64,000 nt of DNA from Eledone cirrhosa (lineage: Eukaryota): NCBI GenBank assembly GCA_964016885.1, contig OZ024740.1, positions 317,688,001-317,752,000 of the forward strand, given 5' to 3'. Within the stretch, counting starts at the first letter, position 1, and every line of letters starts with the position of its first letter. The notes below the pieces were generated by a model. It was not told the DNA's origin and ran no database searches. It saw only the letters and a list, made by a program, of their open reading frames with translations. Positions 1 through 14,590 of the stretch are shown here, one piece after another. The position numbers and the translations under genes were made by a program.

Positions 1-219
1 CAATCTATACACCACTCCAGGCCTCCAATCTATACACCACTCCAGACTTCAAATCTATATACCACTCCAGACGTCCAATCTATACACCACTCCAGACTTA
101 CAATCTATACACCACTACAGACATCCAATCTATACACCACTCCAGATTTCTAATATATACACCACTCCAGAGTACCAATCTATACACCACTCCAAACTTC
201 CAATCTATACACCACTCCA

Positions 220-1735
220 GACCTCCAATCTATACACCACTCCAGACTTCCAATCTATACACCACTCCAGACCACCATTATATACACCACTCCAGACCTC
301 CAATCTATACACCACTCTAGACCACCAATCTATACACCACTCTAGACAATCAATCTATACACCACTCCAGACCTCCAATCTATACACCACTCCAAACCTC
401 CAAGCTATAGACCACTCCAGACCACCAATATATACACCACTCCAGACCTCCAATCTATAAACCACTCCAGAGAACCAATCTATACACCACTCCAGACCTC
501 CAATCTATACACCACTCCAGACCTCCAATGTATACACGACTCCAGACCACCAATCTATACACCACTCCAGATATCCAATCTATACACCACTCCAGGCCTC
601 CAATCTCTACACCACTCCAGGCCTCTAATCTATTCACCATTCCAGACCGCTAATCTATACACCACTCCAGACCACCAAACTATACACCACTCCAGGCCTC
701 CAATCTATACACCACTCCAGACCACCAATCTACACACCACTCCAGACCGCCAATCTATACACCACTCCAGACCACCAATCTATACACCACTTCAGACCAC
801 CAATCTATACACCACTCCAGACCACCAATCTATACACCACTCAAGACCACCAAACTAAACACCACTGCAGCCCTCCAATCTATATGCCACTCCAGACCTC
901 CAGTCTATACACGACTCCAGACCACCAATCTATACACCATTCCAGACCGCCAATCTATACAAGACTCCAGACAACCAATCTATACACCATTCCAGACCTC
1001 CAATCTATACACCACTCCAGACTTCCAATCTATACACCACTCCAGACCACCATTATATACACCACTCCAGACCTCCAATCTATACACCACTGCAGACCAC
1101 CAATCTATACACCACTCTAGACAATCAATCTATACACCACTCCAGACCTCCAATCTATACACCACTCCAAACCTCCAAGCTATAGACCACTCCAGACCAC
1201 CAATATATACACCACTCCAGACCTCCAATCTATAAACCACTCCAGAGAACCAATCTATACACCACACCAGACCTCCAATCTATACACCACTCCAGACCTC
1301 CAATGTATACACGACTCCAGACCACCAATCTATACACCACTCCAGATATCCAATCTATACACCACTCCAGGCCTCCAATCTCTACACCACTCCAGGCCTC
1401 TAATCTATTCACCATTCCAGACCGCTAATCTATACACCACTCCAGACCACCAAACTATACACCACTCCAGGCCTCCAATCTATACACCACTCCAGACCAC
1501 CAATCTACACACCACTCCAGACCGCCAAACTATACACCACTCCAGACCACCAATCTATACACCACTTCAGACCACCAATCTATACACCACTCCAGACCAC
1601 CAATCTATACACCACTCAAGACCACCAAACTAAACACCACTGCAGCCCTCCAATCTATATGCCACTCCAGACCTCCAGTCTATACACGACTCCAGACCAC
1701 CAATCTATACACCATTCCAGACCGCCAATCTATAC
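220..1735. repeat. 775-bp (31-monomer) higher-order duplication, 2 copies
   Basis: Rare variant CATTAT at 276 and 1051; identical ORF starts at 455/1230 and 884/1659, all offset by 775. Confidence 0.92.
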
Positions 1736-3865
1736 ACCACTCCAGACTTACAGTCAATACACCACTCCAGACTTCAAATCTATACACCACTCCAGACTGC
1801 CAATCTATACACCACTCCAGACTTACAGTCTATACACCACTCCAGACTTCAAATCTATACACCACTCCAGACCTCCAATCTATACACCACTCCAGAGCTC
1901 CAATCTATACACCAGTCCAGACCACCAAGGTATACACCACTTCAGACCTCCAATCTATACACCACTCCAGACCTCAAATCTATACACCACTCCAGACCTC
2001 CAATCTATACACCACTCGAGACTTTCAATCTATACACCACTCCAAACCACCAACCTATACACCATTCCAGGCTCCAATCTATACACCACACCAGACCTCC
2101 AATCTATACACCATTCCAGACCTCCAATCTATATACCACTCCAGACCAGCAATCTATACACCACACCAGACCTCCAATCTATACACCACTCGAGACCTCC
2201 AAGATATAAACCACTTCAGGCCTCCAATCTATACACCACACCAGACCTCAAATCTATTCACAATTCCAGACCGCCTATCTATACACCACTCCAGACCACC
2301 AATCTATACGCCACTCCAGGCCTCCAATCTATACACCACTCCAGATCACCAATCTGTACACCACTCCAGACCACCAATCTATACACCACTACAGGCCTCC
2401 AATCTATACACCACTCCAGACCACCAATCTATACACCACTCCAGACCACCAATCTATACACCACTCCAGACCTCCAATCTATACACCACTCCAGACCGCC
2501 AATCTATGCACCACTCCAGACCACTAATCTATACACCACTCTAGACAATCAATCTATACACCACTCCAGACCTCCAATCTATACACCACTCCAGGCCTCC
2601 AATCTATACACCACTCCAGATTTCAAAACTATACACCACTCCAGACGTCCAATCTATACACCACTCCAGACTTCCAATCTATACACCACTCCAGACTTCC
2701 AATATATACATCACTCCAGAGCACCAATCTATACACCACTCCAAACTTCCAATCTATACACCACTCCAGACCTCCAAGCTATAAACCACAAAAGAGCACC
2801 AATCTATACACCACTCCAGACCTCCAATCTATACACCACGCCAGACCTCCAAGCTATAAACCACTCCAGACCACCAATATATACACCACTCCAGACCTCC
2901 AATCTATAAACCACTCCAGAGAACCAATCTATACACCACTCCAGACCTCCAATCTATAGACCACTCCAGACCTCCAATGTATACACAACTCCAGACCACC
3001 AATCTATACACCACTCCAGGCCTCCAATCTCTACACCACTCCAGACCTCTAATCTATTCACCATTCCAGACCGCTAATCTATACACCACTCCAGACCACC
3101 AGTCTATACACCACTCCAGGCCTCCAATCTATACACCACTCCAGACCACCAATCTATACACCACTCCAGACCACCAATCTGTACACCAATCCAGCCCTCC
3201 AATCTATACACCACTCCAGACCACCAATCTATACACCACTCCAGACCACCAATCTATACACCACTTCAGACCACCAATCTATATACCACTCCAGACTACC
3301 AATCTATACACGACTCCAGACCACCAATCTATACACCACTCCAGACCTCCAATGTATACACGACTCCAGACCACCAATCTATACACCACTCCAGATATCC
3401 AATCTATACACCACTCCAGACCTCCAATCTCTACACCACTCCAGACCTCTTATCTATTCACCATTCCAGACCGCCAATCTATACACCACTCCAGACTTTC
3501 AGTCTATACACCACTCCAGACTTCCAATCTATACACCACTCCAGACTTCCAATCTATACACCACTCCAGATTTCCAATATATGCACCACTCCAGAGCACC
3601 AATCTATACACCACTTCCAACTTCCAATCTATACACCACTCCAGACCTCCAATCTTTACACCACTCCAAACTTCCAATCTATACACCAATCCAGACCTCG
3701 AATCTATACACCACTTCAGAGCTCCAATCTATACACCACACCAGACCTCCAATCTATACACCTCTCCAGAGCACAAATCTATACACCACTCCCGACCTCC
3801 AATCTATACAAGACTCCAGACAACCAATCTATACACCACTCCACGCCTTCAATCTATACACCACT

Positions 3866-6800
3866 CCAGACCACCAATCTATAAACCACTCCAGATATCC
3901 AATCTATGCACCACCTCAGACTTCCAATCTATACACCACTCCAGATTTCCAATATATACACCACTCCAGAGCACCAATCTATACACCACTTCCAACTTCC
4001 AATCTATACACCACTCCAGACCTCCAATCTTTACACCACTCCAAACTTCCAATCTATACACCAATCCAGAGGTCCAATCTATACACCACTTCAGACCTCC
4101 AATCTATACACCACTCCAAACCACAATTCTATACACCACTCTAGACTACCAATCTATACACCACTCCAGACCTCCAATCTATACACCACTCGAGACTTCC
4201 AATCTATACACCACTGCAGACCACCAATCTATACACCACTCCAGACCTCCAATCTATACACAACTCCAGACTTCCAATCTATACACCACCCCAAACTTCC
4301 AATCTATACACCACTCCAGACCTCCAAGCTATACAACACTCTAGACCACCAATCTATACACCACTCCAGACCTCCAATCCATACACCACTCCAGACCTCC
4401 AAACTATACACCACTCCAGACTTACAATCTATACACCACTCCAGACTTCCAATCTATACACCATTCCAGACCACCAACCTATACACCTCTCTAGACCTCC
4501 AATCTATACACCACTCCAGACCTCCAAGCTATAAACCACTCCAGACCACCAATCTATACACCACTCCAGGCCTCCAATCAATACACGAGTCCAGACAACC
4601 AATCTATACACCACACCAGATCACCAATCTATACACCACTCCAGTCCTCCAATATATACACGACTCCAGACCTCCAATCTATACACCAATCCAGACTTCC
4701 AGTTTATACACCACTCCAGGCCTCCAATCTATACACCACTCCAGACTTCCAATCTATACACCACTCCAGACCTCAAATCTATTCACCATTCCAGACCACC
4801 AATCTATACACCACTCCAGACCTCCAATCTATACACCACTCCAGACTTCCAATCTATACACGAATCCAGACATCCAATCTATACACCACTCCAGACCACC
4901 AACCTATACACCACTCCAGACCTCCAATCTATACACCACTCTAGACCTCCAATCTATACACCATTCCAGACATCCAATCTATACACCATTCCAGACTTCC
5001 AGTCTATACACCACTCCAGAGCTCCAATCTATACACCACTCCAGATCTGAAATCTATACACCACTCTAGACTTCCCATCTATACACCACTCGAGACCACC
5101 AATCTATACACCACTCCAGACCTCCAAGCTATAAACCACTCCAGACCACCAATATATACACCTCTCCAGACCTCCAATCTATAAACGACTCCACACAACC
5201 AATCTATACACGACTCCAGACCTCCCATCTATACGCCACTCCAGACCTCCAATGTATGCACGACTCCAGACCACCAATCTATACACCACTCTAGACCTCC
5301 AATCTCTACAACACTCCAGACCTCTAATCTATTCACCACTCCAGACCTCTAATCTATTCACCATTCCAGACCGCCAATCTATACAACACTCCAGACTTTC
5401 AGTCTATACGCCACTCCAGACCTCCAATATATACCCCACTCCAGAGCACCAATCTATACACCACTCCATACTTCCAATCTATACACCACTCCAGACCTCC
5501 AATCTTTACACCACTCCAAACTTCCAATCTATACACCAATCCAGACCTCCAATCTATACACCACTTCAGAGCTCCAATCTATACACCACTCCAGACCTCC
5601 AATCTATACACCACTTCAGAGCACCTATCTATACACCACTCCAGACCTCCAATCTATACAAGACTCCAGACAACCAATCTATACACCACTCCACACCTCC
5701 AATCTATACACCACTCCAGACCTCCAATCTATACACCACTTCAGAGCACCAATCTATACACCACTCCAGACCTCCAATCTATACAAGACTCCAGACAACC
5801 AATCTATACATCACTCCACACCTCCAATCTATACACCACTCCAGACCTCCAATCTATACACCACTCCAGACCACCAATCTATAAACCACTCCAGATATCC
5901 AATCTATACACCACCTCAGACTTCCAATCTATACACCACTCTAGACCTCCAATCTATACACCACTCCAAACCTCAAATCTATACACCACTCTAGACTGCC
6001 AATCTATACACCACTTCAGACCTCCAATCTATACACCACTCAAGATTTCCAATCTATACACCACTCAAAATTTCCAATCTATACACCACTCGAGACTTCC
6101 AATATATACACCACTGCAGACCACCAATCTATACACCACTCCAGACCTCCAATCTATACACAACTCCAGACTTCCAATCTATACACCACCCCAGACTTCC
6201 AATCTATACACCACTCCAGACATCAAATCTATACACCACTCCAGACATCCAATCTCTACACCACTCCAGACCTCTAATCTATTCACCATTCCAGAGCGCC
6301 AATCTATACAACACTCCAGACTTTCAGTCTATACACCACTCCAGACCTCCAATATATACACCATTCCAGACCGCCAATCTATACAACACTCCAGACTTTC
6401 AGTCTATACACCACTCCAGACCTCCAATCTATACACCACTCTAGACCACCAATCTATACACCACTCCAGACCTCCAATCTATACACCACTCCAGACCACC
6501 AAACTATACACCACTCCAGACAACCAATCTATACACCACTCCAGACCTCCAATCTATACACCACTTCAGATCACCAATCTATACACCACTCCAGACCACC
6601 AACCTATACATCACTCCAGACCTCCAATCTATACACCACTCCAGACCACCAATCTATATACCACTCCAGACCACCAATCTATACACCAGTCCAGACCACC
6701 AATCTATACACCACTCCAGACCTCCAATCTATACACCATTCCAGACCACAAATCTATACACCACTCCAGACCACCAATCTATACACCACTCCAGACTTCC

Positions 6801-9800
6801 AATCTATACACCATTCCAGACCACCAACCTATACACCACTCTAGACCTCCAATCTATACACCACTCCAGACCTCCAAGCTATAAACCACTCCAGACCACC
6901 AATCTATACACCACTCCAGACCTCCAATCAATACACGAGTCCAGATAACCAATCTATACACCACACCAGATCACCAATCTATACACCACTCCAGTCCTCC
7001 AATATATGCACGACTCCAGACCTCCAATCTATACACCACTCCAGACTTCCAATCTATACACCACTCCAGACCTCAAATCTATTCACCATTCCAGACCACC
7101 AATCTATATACCACTCCAGAGCACCAATCTATACACCACTCCAGACTTCTAATCTATACACCACTCCAGACCTCTAATCTATACACCACTCCAGACCACT
7201 AATCTATACACCACTCTAGACCTCCAATCTATACACCATTCCAGACATCCAATATATACACCACTCCAGACTTCCAGTCTATACACCACTCCAGAGCTCC
7301 AATCTATACACCACTCCAGACCTGAAATCTATACACCACTCTAGACTGCCCATCTATACACCACACCAGACCACCAATCTATACAGCACTCCAGACCTCC
7401 AAGCTTTAAACGACTACAGACCACCAATATATACACCTCTCCAGACCTCCAATATATAAACGACTCCACACAACCAATCTATACACCATTCCAGACCGCC
7501 AATCTATACAACACCTCAGACTTTCAGTCTATACACCACTCCAGACCTCCAATATATACACCACTCCAGAGCACCAATCTATACACCACTCCAAACTTCC
7601 AATCTATACACCACTCCAGACCTCCAATCTTTACACCACTCCAAACTTCCAATCTATACAACAATCCAGACCTCCAATCTATACACCACTTCAGAGCTCC
7701 AATCTATACACCACTCCAGACAACCAATCTATACACCACTCCACACCTCCAATCTATACACCACTCCAGACCTCCAATCTATACACCACTCCAGACAACC
7801 AATCTATACACCACTCCACACCTCCAATCTATACACCACTCCAGACCTCCAATCTATACACCACTCCAGACAACCAATCTATACACCACTCCACACCTCC
7901 AATCTATACACCACTCCAGATCTCCAATCTATACACCACTTCAGAGCACCAATCTATACACCACTCCAGACCTCCAATCTATACAACACTCCAGACAACC
8001 AATCTATACACCACTCCACACCTCCAATCTATACACCACTCCAGACCTCCAATCTATACACCACTCCAGACCACCAATCTATAAACCACTCCAGATATCC
8101 AATCTATGCACCACCTTAGACTTCCAATCTATACACCACTCCAGACCTCCAATCTATACACTACTCCAGACCTCTAATCTATACACTATTCCAGACCTCC
8201 AATCTATACACCACTCCAAACCTCAAATCTATACACCACTCTAGTCTGCCAAACTATACACCACTCCAGACCTCCAATCTATACACCACTCGAGATTTCC
8301 AATCTATACACCACTCCACACCTCCAATCTATACACCACTCGAGACTTCCAATCTATACACCACTGCAGACCACCAATCTATACACCACTCCAGACCTCC
8401 AATCTATACACAACTCCAGACTTCCAATCTATACACCACCCCAGACTTCCAATATATACACCACTGCAGACCTCCAATCTATACACCACTCCACACCACC
8501 AATCTATACACCACTCCAGACCTCCAATCTATACACCACTCCAGACCACCAATCTATACACCACTCCAGACCACCAACCTATACATCACTCCAGACCTCC
8601 AATCTATACACCACTCCAGACCACCAATCTATATACCACTCCAGACCACCAATCTATACACCACTGCAGACCACCAATCTATACACCACTCCAGACATCC
8701 AATCTATACACCACTCCAGACCACAAATCTATACACCACTCCAGACCACCAATCTATACACCACTCCAGACTTCCAATCTTTACACCATTCCAGACCACC
8801 GACCTATACACCGCTCTAGACCTCCAATCTATACACCACTCCAGACCTCCAAGCTATAAACCACTCCAGACCACCAATCTATACACCACTCCAGACCTCC
8901 AATCAATGCACGAATCCAGACAACCAATCTATACACCACACAAGATCACCAATCTATACACCACTCCAGTCCTCCAATATATACACGACTCCAGACCTCC
9001 AGTCTATACACCAATCCAGACTTCCAGTTTATACACTACTCAAGGCCTCTAATCTATACACCACTCCAGACTTCCAATCTATACATCACTCCAGACTTCC
9101 AATCTATACACCAATCCGGACCACCAACCTATACACCATTCTAGACCTCCAATCTATACACCACTCCAGACTTCCAATCTATACACCACTCCAGACTTCC
9201 AATCTATACACCACTCCAGACTTCTAATCTATTCACCATTCCAGACCACCAATCTATAAACCACTCCAGATATCCAATCTATGCACCACCTCAGACTTCC
9301 AATCTATACACCACTCCAGATTTCCAATATATACACCACTCCAGAGCACCAATCTATACACCACTTCCAACTTCCAATCTATACACCACTCCAGACCTCC
9401 AATCTTTACACCACTCCAAACTTCCAATCTATACACCAATCCAGACCTCCAATCTATACACCACTTCAGACCTCCAATCTATACACCACTCCAAACCACA
9501 ATTCTATACACCACTCTAGACTACCAATCTATACACCACTCCAGACCTCCAATCTATACACCACTCGAGACTTCCAATCTATACACCACTGCAGACCACC
9601 AATCTATACACCACTCCAGACCTCCAATCTATACACAACTCCAGACTTCCAATCTATACACCACCCCAAACTTCCAATCTATACACCACTCCAGACCTCC
9701 AAGCTATACAACACTCTAGACCACCAATCTATACACCACTACAGACCTCCAATCCATACACCACTCCAGACCTCCAAACTATACACCACTCCAGACTTAC

Positions 9801-12800
9801 AATCTATACACCACTCCAGACTTCCAATCTATACACCATTCCAGACCACCAACCTATACACCTCTCTAGACCTCCAATCTATACACCACTCCAGACCTCC
9901 AAGCTATAAACCACTCCAGACCACCAATCTATACACCACTCCAGGCCTCCAATCAATACACGAGTCCAGACAACCAATCTATACACCACACCAGATCACC
10001 AATCTATACACCACTCCAGTCCTCCAATATATACACGACTCCAGACCTCCAATCTATACACCAATCCAGACTTCCAGTTTATACACCACTCCAGGCCTCC
10101 AATCTATACACCACTCCAGACTTCCAATCTATACACCACTCCAGACCTCAAATCTATTCACCATTCCAGACCACCAATCTATACACCACTCCAGACCTCC
10201 AATCTATACACCACTCCAGACTTCCAATCTATACACGAATCCAGACATCCAATCTATACACCACTCCAGACCACCAACCTATACACCACTCCAGACCTCC
10301 AATCTATACACCACTCTAGACCTCCAATCTATACACCATTCCAGACATCCAATCTATACACCATTCCAGACTTCCAGTCTATACACCACTCCAGAGCTCC
10401 AATCTATACACCACTCCAGATCTGAAATCTATACACCACTCTAGACTTCCCATCTATACACCACTCGAGACCACCAATCTATACACCACTCCAGACCTCC
10501 AAGCTATAAACCACTCCAGACCACCAATATATACACCTCTCCAGACCTCCAATCTATAAACGACTCCACACAACCAATCTATACACGACTCCAGACCTCC
10601 CATCTATACGCCACTCCAGACCTCCAATGTATACACGACTCCAGACCACCAATCTATACACCACTCTAGACCTCCAATCTCTACAACACTCCAGACCTCT
10701 AATCTATTCACCACTCCAGACCTCTAATCTATTCACCATTCCAGACCGCCAATCTATACAACACTCCAGACTTTCAGTCTATACACCACTCCAGACCTCC
10801 AATATATACCCCACTCCAGAGCACCAATCTATACACCACTCCATACTTCCAATCTATACACCACTCCAGACCTCCAATCTTTACACCACTCCAAACTTCC
10901 AAACTATACACCAATCCAGACCTCCAATCTATACACCACTTCAGAGCTCCAATCTATACACCACTCCAGACCTCCAATCTATACACCACTTCAGAGCACC
11001 AATCTATACACCACTCCAGACCTCCAATCTATACAAGACTCCAGACAACCAATCTATACACCACTCCACACCTCCAATCTATACACCACTCCAGACCTCC
11101 AATCTATACACCACTTCAGAGCACCAATCTATACACCACTCCAGACCTCCAATCTATACAAGACTCCAGACAACCAATCTATACATCACTCCACACCTCC
11201 AATCTATACACCACTCCAGACTTCCAATCTATACACCACTCCAGACCACCAATCTATAAACCACTCCAGATATCCAATCTATACACCACCTCAGACTTCC
11301 AATCTATACACCACTCCAGACCTCCAATCTATACACCACTCTAAACCTCAAATCTATACACCACTCTAGACTGCCAATCTATACACCACTTCAGACCTCC
11401 AATCTATACACCACTCAAGATTTCCAATCTATACACCACTCAAGATTTCCAATCTATACACCACTCGAGACTTCCAATATATACACCACTGCAGACCACC
11501 AATCTATACACCACTCCAGACCTCCAATCTATACACAACTCCAGACTTCCAATCTATACACCACCCCAGACTTCCAATCTATACACCACTCCAGACATCA
11601 AATCTATACACCACTCCAGACCTCCAAACTGTACACCACTCCAGACCTCTAATCTATTCACCATTCCAGAGCGCCAATCTATACAACACTCCAGACTTTC
11701 AGTCTATACACCACTCCAGACCTCCAATATATACACCATTCCAGACCGCCAATCTATACAACACTCCAGACTTTCAGTCTATACACCACTCCAGACCTCC
11801 AATCTATACACCACTCTAGACCACCAATCTATACACCACTCCAGACCTCCAATCTATACACCACTCCAGACCACCAAACTATACACCACTCCAGACAACC
11901 AATCTATACACCACTCCAGACCTCCAATCTATACACCACTTCAGATCACCAATCTATACACCACTCCAGACCACCAACCTATACATCACTCCAGACCTCC
12001 AATCTATACACCACTCCAGACCACCAATCTATATACCACTCCAGACCACCAATCTATACACCAGTCCAGACCACCAATCTATACACCACTCCAGACCTCC
12101 AATCTATACACCATTCCAGACCACAAATCTATACACCACTCCAGACCACCAATCTATATACCACTCCAGACTTCCAATCTAAACACCATTCCAGACCACC
12201 AACCTATACACCACTCTAGACCTCCAATCTATACACCACTCCAGACCTCCAAGCTATAAACCACTCCAGACCACCAATCTATACACCACTCCAGACCTCC
12301 AATCAATACACGAGTCCAGATAACCAATCTATACACCACACCAGATCACCAATCTATACACCACTCCAGTCCTCCAATATGCACAACTCCAGACCTCCAA
12401 TCTATACACCACTCCAGACTTCCAATCTATACACCACTCCAGACCTCAAATCTATTCACCATTCCAGACCACCAATCTATATACCACTCCAGAGCACCAA
12501 TCTATACACCACTCCAGACTTCTAATCTATACACCACTCCAGACCTCTAATCTATACACCATTCCAGACATCCAATATATACACCACTCCAGACTTCCAG
12601 TCTATACACCACTCCAGAGCTCCAATCTATACACCACTCCAGACCTGAAATCTATACACCACTCTAGATTGCCCATCTATACACCACACCAGACCACCAA
12701 TCTATACAGCACTCCAGACCTCCAAGCTTTAAACGACTACAGACCACCAATATATACACCTCTCCAGACCTCCAATATATAAACGACTCCACACAACCAA

Positions 12801-14590
12801 TCTATACACCATTCCAGACCGCCAATCTATACAACACTTCAGACTTTCAGTCTATACACCACTCCAGACCTCCAATATATACACCACTCCAGAGCACCAA
12901 TCTATACACCACTCCAAACTTCCAATCTATACACCACTCCAGACCTCCAATCTTTACACCACTCCAAACTTCCAATCTATACAACAATCCAGACCTCCAA
13001 TCTATACACCACTTCAGAGCTCCATTCTATACACCACTCCAGACCTCCAATCTATACACCACTCCAGACAACCAATCTATACACCACTCCACACCTCCAA
13101 TCTATACACCACTCCAGACCTCCAATCTATACACCACTCCAGACAACCAATCTATACACCACTCCACACCTCCAATCTATACACCACTCCAGACCTCCAA
13201 TCTATACACCACTCCAGACAACCAATCTATACACCACTCCACACCTCCAATCTATACACCACTCCAGATCTCCAATCTATACACCACTTCAGAGCACCAA
13301 TCTATACACCACTCCAGACCTCCAATCTATACAACACTCCAGACAACCAATCTATACACCACTCCACACCTCCAATCTATACACCACTCCAGACCTCCAA
13401 TCTATACACCACTCCAGACCACCAATCTATAAACCACTCCAGATATCCAATCTATGCACCACCTTAGACTTCCAATCTATACACCACTCCAGACCTCCAA
13501 TCTATACACTACTCCAGACCTCTAATCTATACACTATTCCAGACCTCCAATCTATACACCACTCCAAACCTCAAATCTATACACCACTCTAGTCTGCCAA
13601 ACTATACACCACTCCAGACCTCCAATCTATACACCACTCGAGATTTCCAATCTATACACCACTCCACACCTCCAATCTATACACCACTCGAGACTTCCAA
13701 TCTATACACCACTGCAGACCACCAATCTATACACCACTCCAGACCTCCAATCTATACACAACTCCAGACTTCCAATCTATACACCACCCCAGACTTCCAA
13801 TATATACACCACTGCAGACCTCCAATCTATACACCACTCCAGACCACCAATCTATACACCACTCCAGACCTCCAATCTATACACCACTCCAGACCACCAA
13901 TCTATACACCACTCCAGACCACCAACCTATACATCACTCCAGACCTCCAATCTATACACCACTCCAGACCACCAATCTATATACCACTCCAGACCACCAA
14001 TCTATACACCACTGCAGACCACCAATCTATACACCACTCCAGACATCCAATCTATACACCACTCCAGACCACAAATCTATACACCACTCCAGACCACCAA
14101 TCTATACACCACTCCAGACTTCCAATCTTTACACCATTCCAGACCACCGACCTATACACCGCTCTAGACCTCCAATCTATACACCACTCCAGACCTCCAA
14201 GCTATAAACCACTCCAGACCACCAATCTATACACCACTCCAGACCTCCAATCAATGCACGAATCCAGACAACCAATCTATACACCACACAAGATCACCAA
14301 TCTATACACCACTCCAGTCCTCCAATATATACACGACTCCAGACCTCCAATCTATACACCAATCCAGACTTCCAGTTTATACACTACTCAAGGCCTCTAA
14401 TCTATACACCACTCCAGACTTCCAATCTATACATCACTCCAGACTTCCAATCTATACACCAATCCGGACCACCAACCTATACACCATTCTAGACCTCCAA
14501 TCTATACACCACTCCAGACTTCCAATCTATACACCACTCCAGACTTCCAATCTATACACCACTCCAGACTTCTAATCTATTCACCATTCC
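3866..14590. repeat. ~5,375-bp (215-monomer) tandem higher-order duplication, 2 copies (~3866-9240 and ~9241-14590)
   Basis: ORF pairs 3879/9254, 3906/9281 and 5252/10627 are offset by 5375. The offset falls to 5348 at the end (9221 vs 14569) after a 2-bp deletion, a 2-monomer loss and a 1-monomer gain. Confidence 0.92.
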
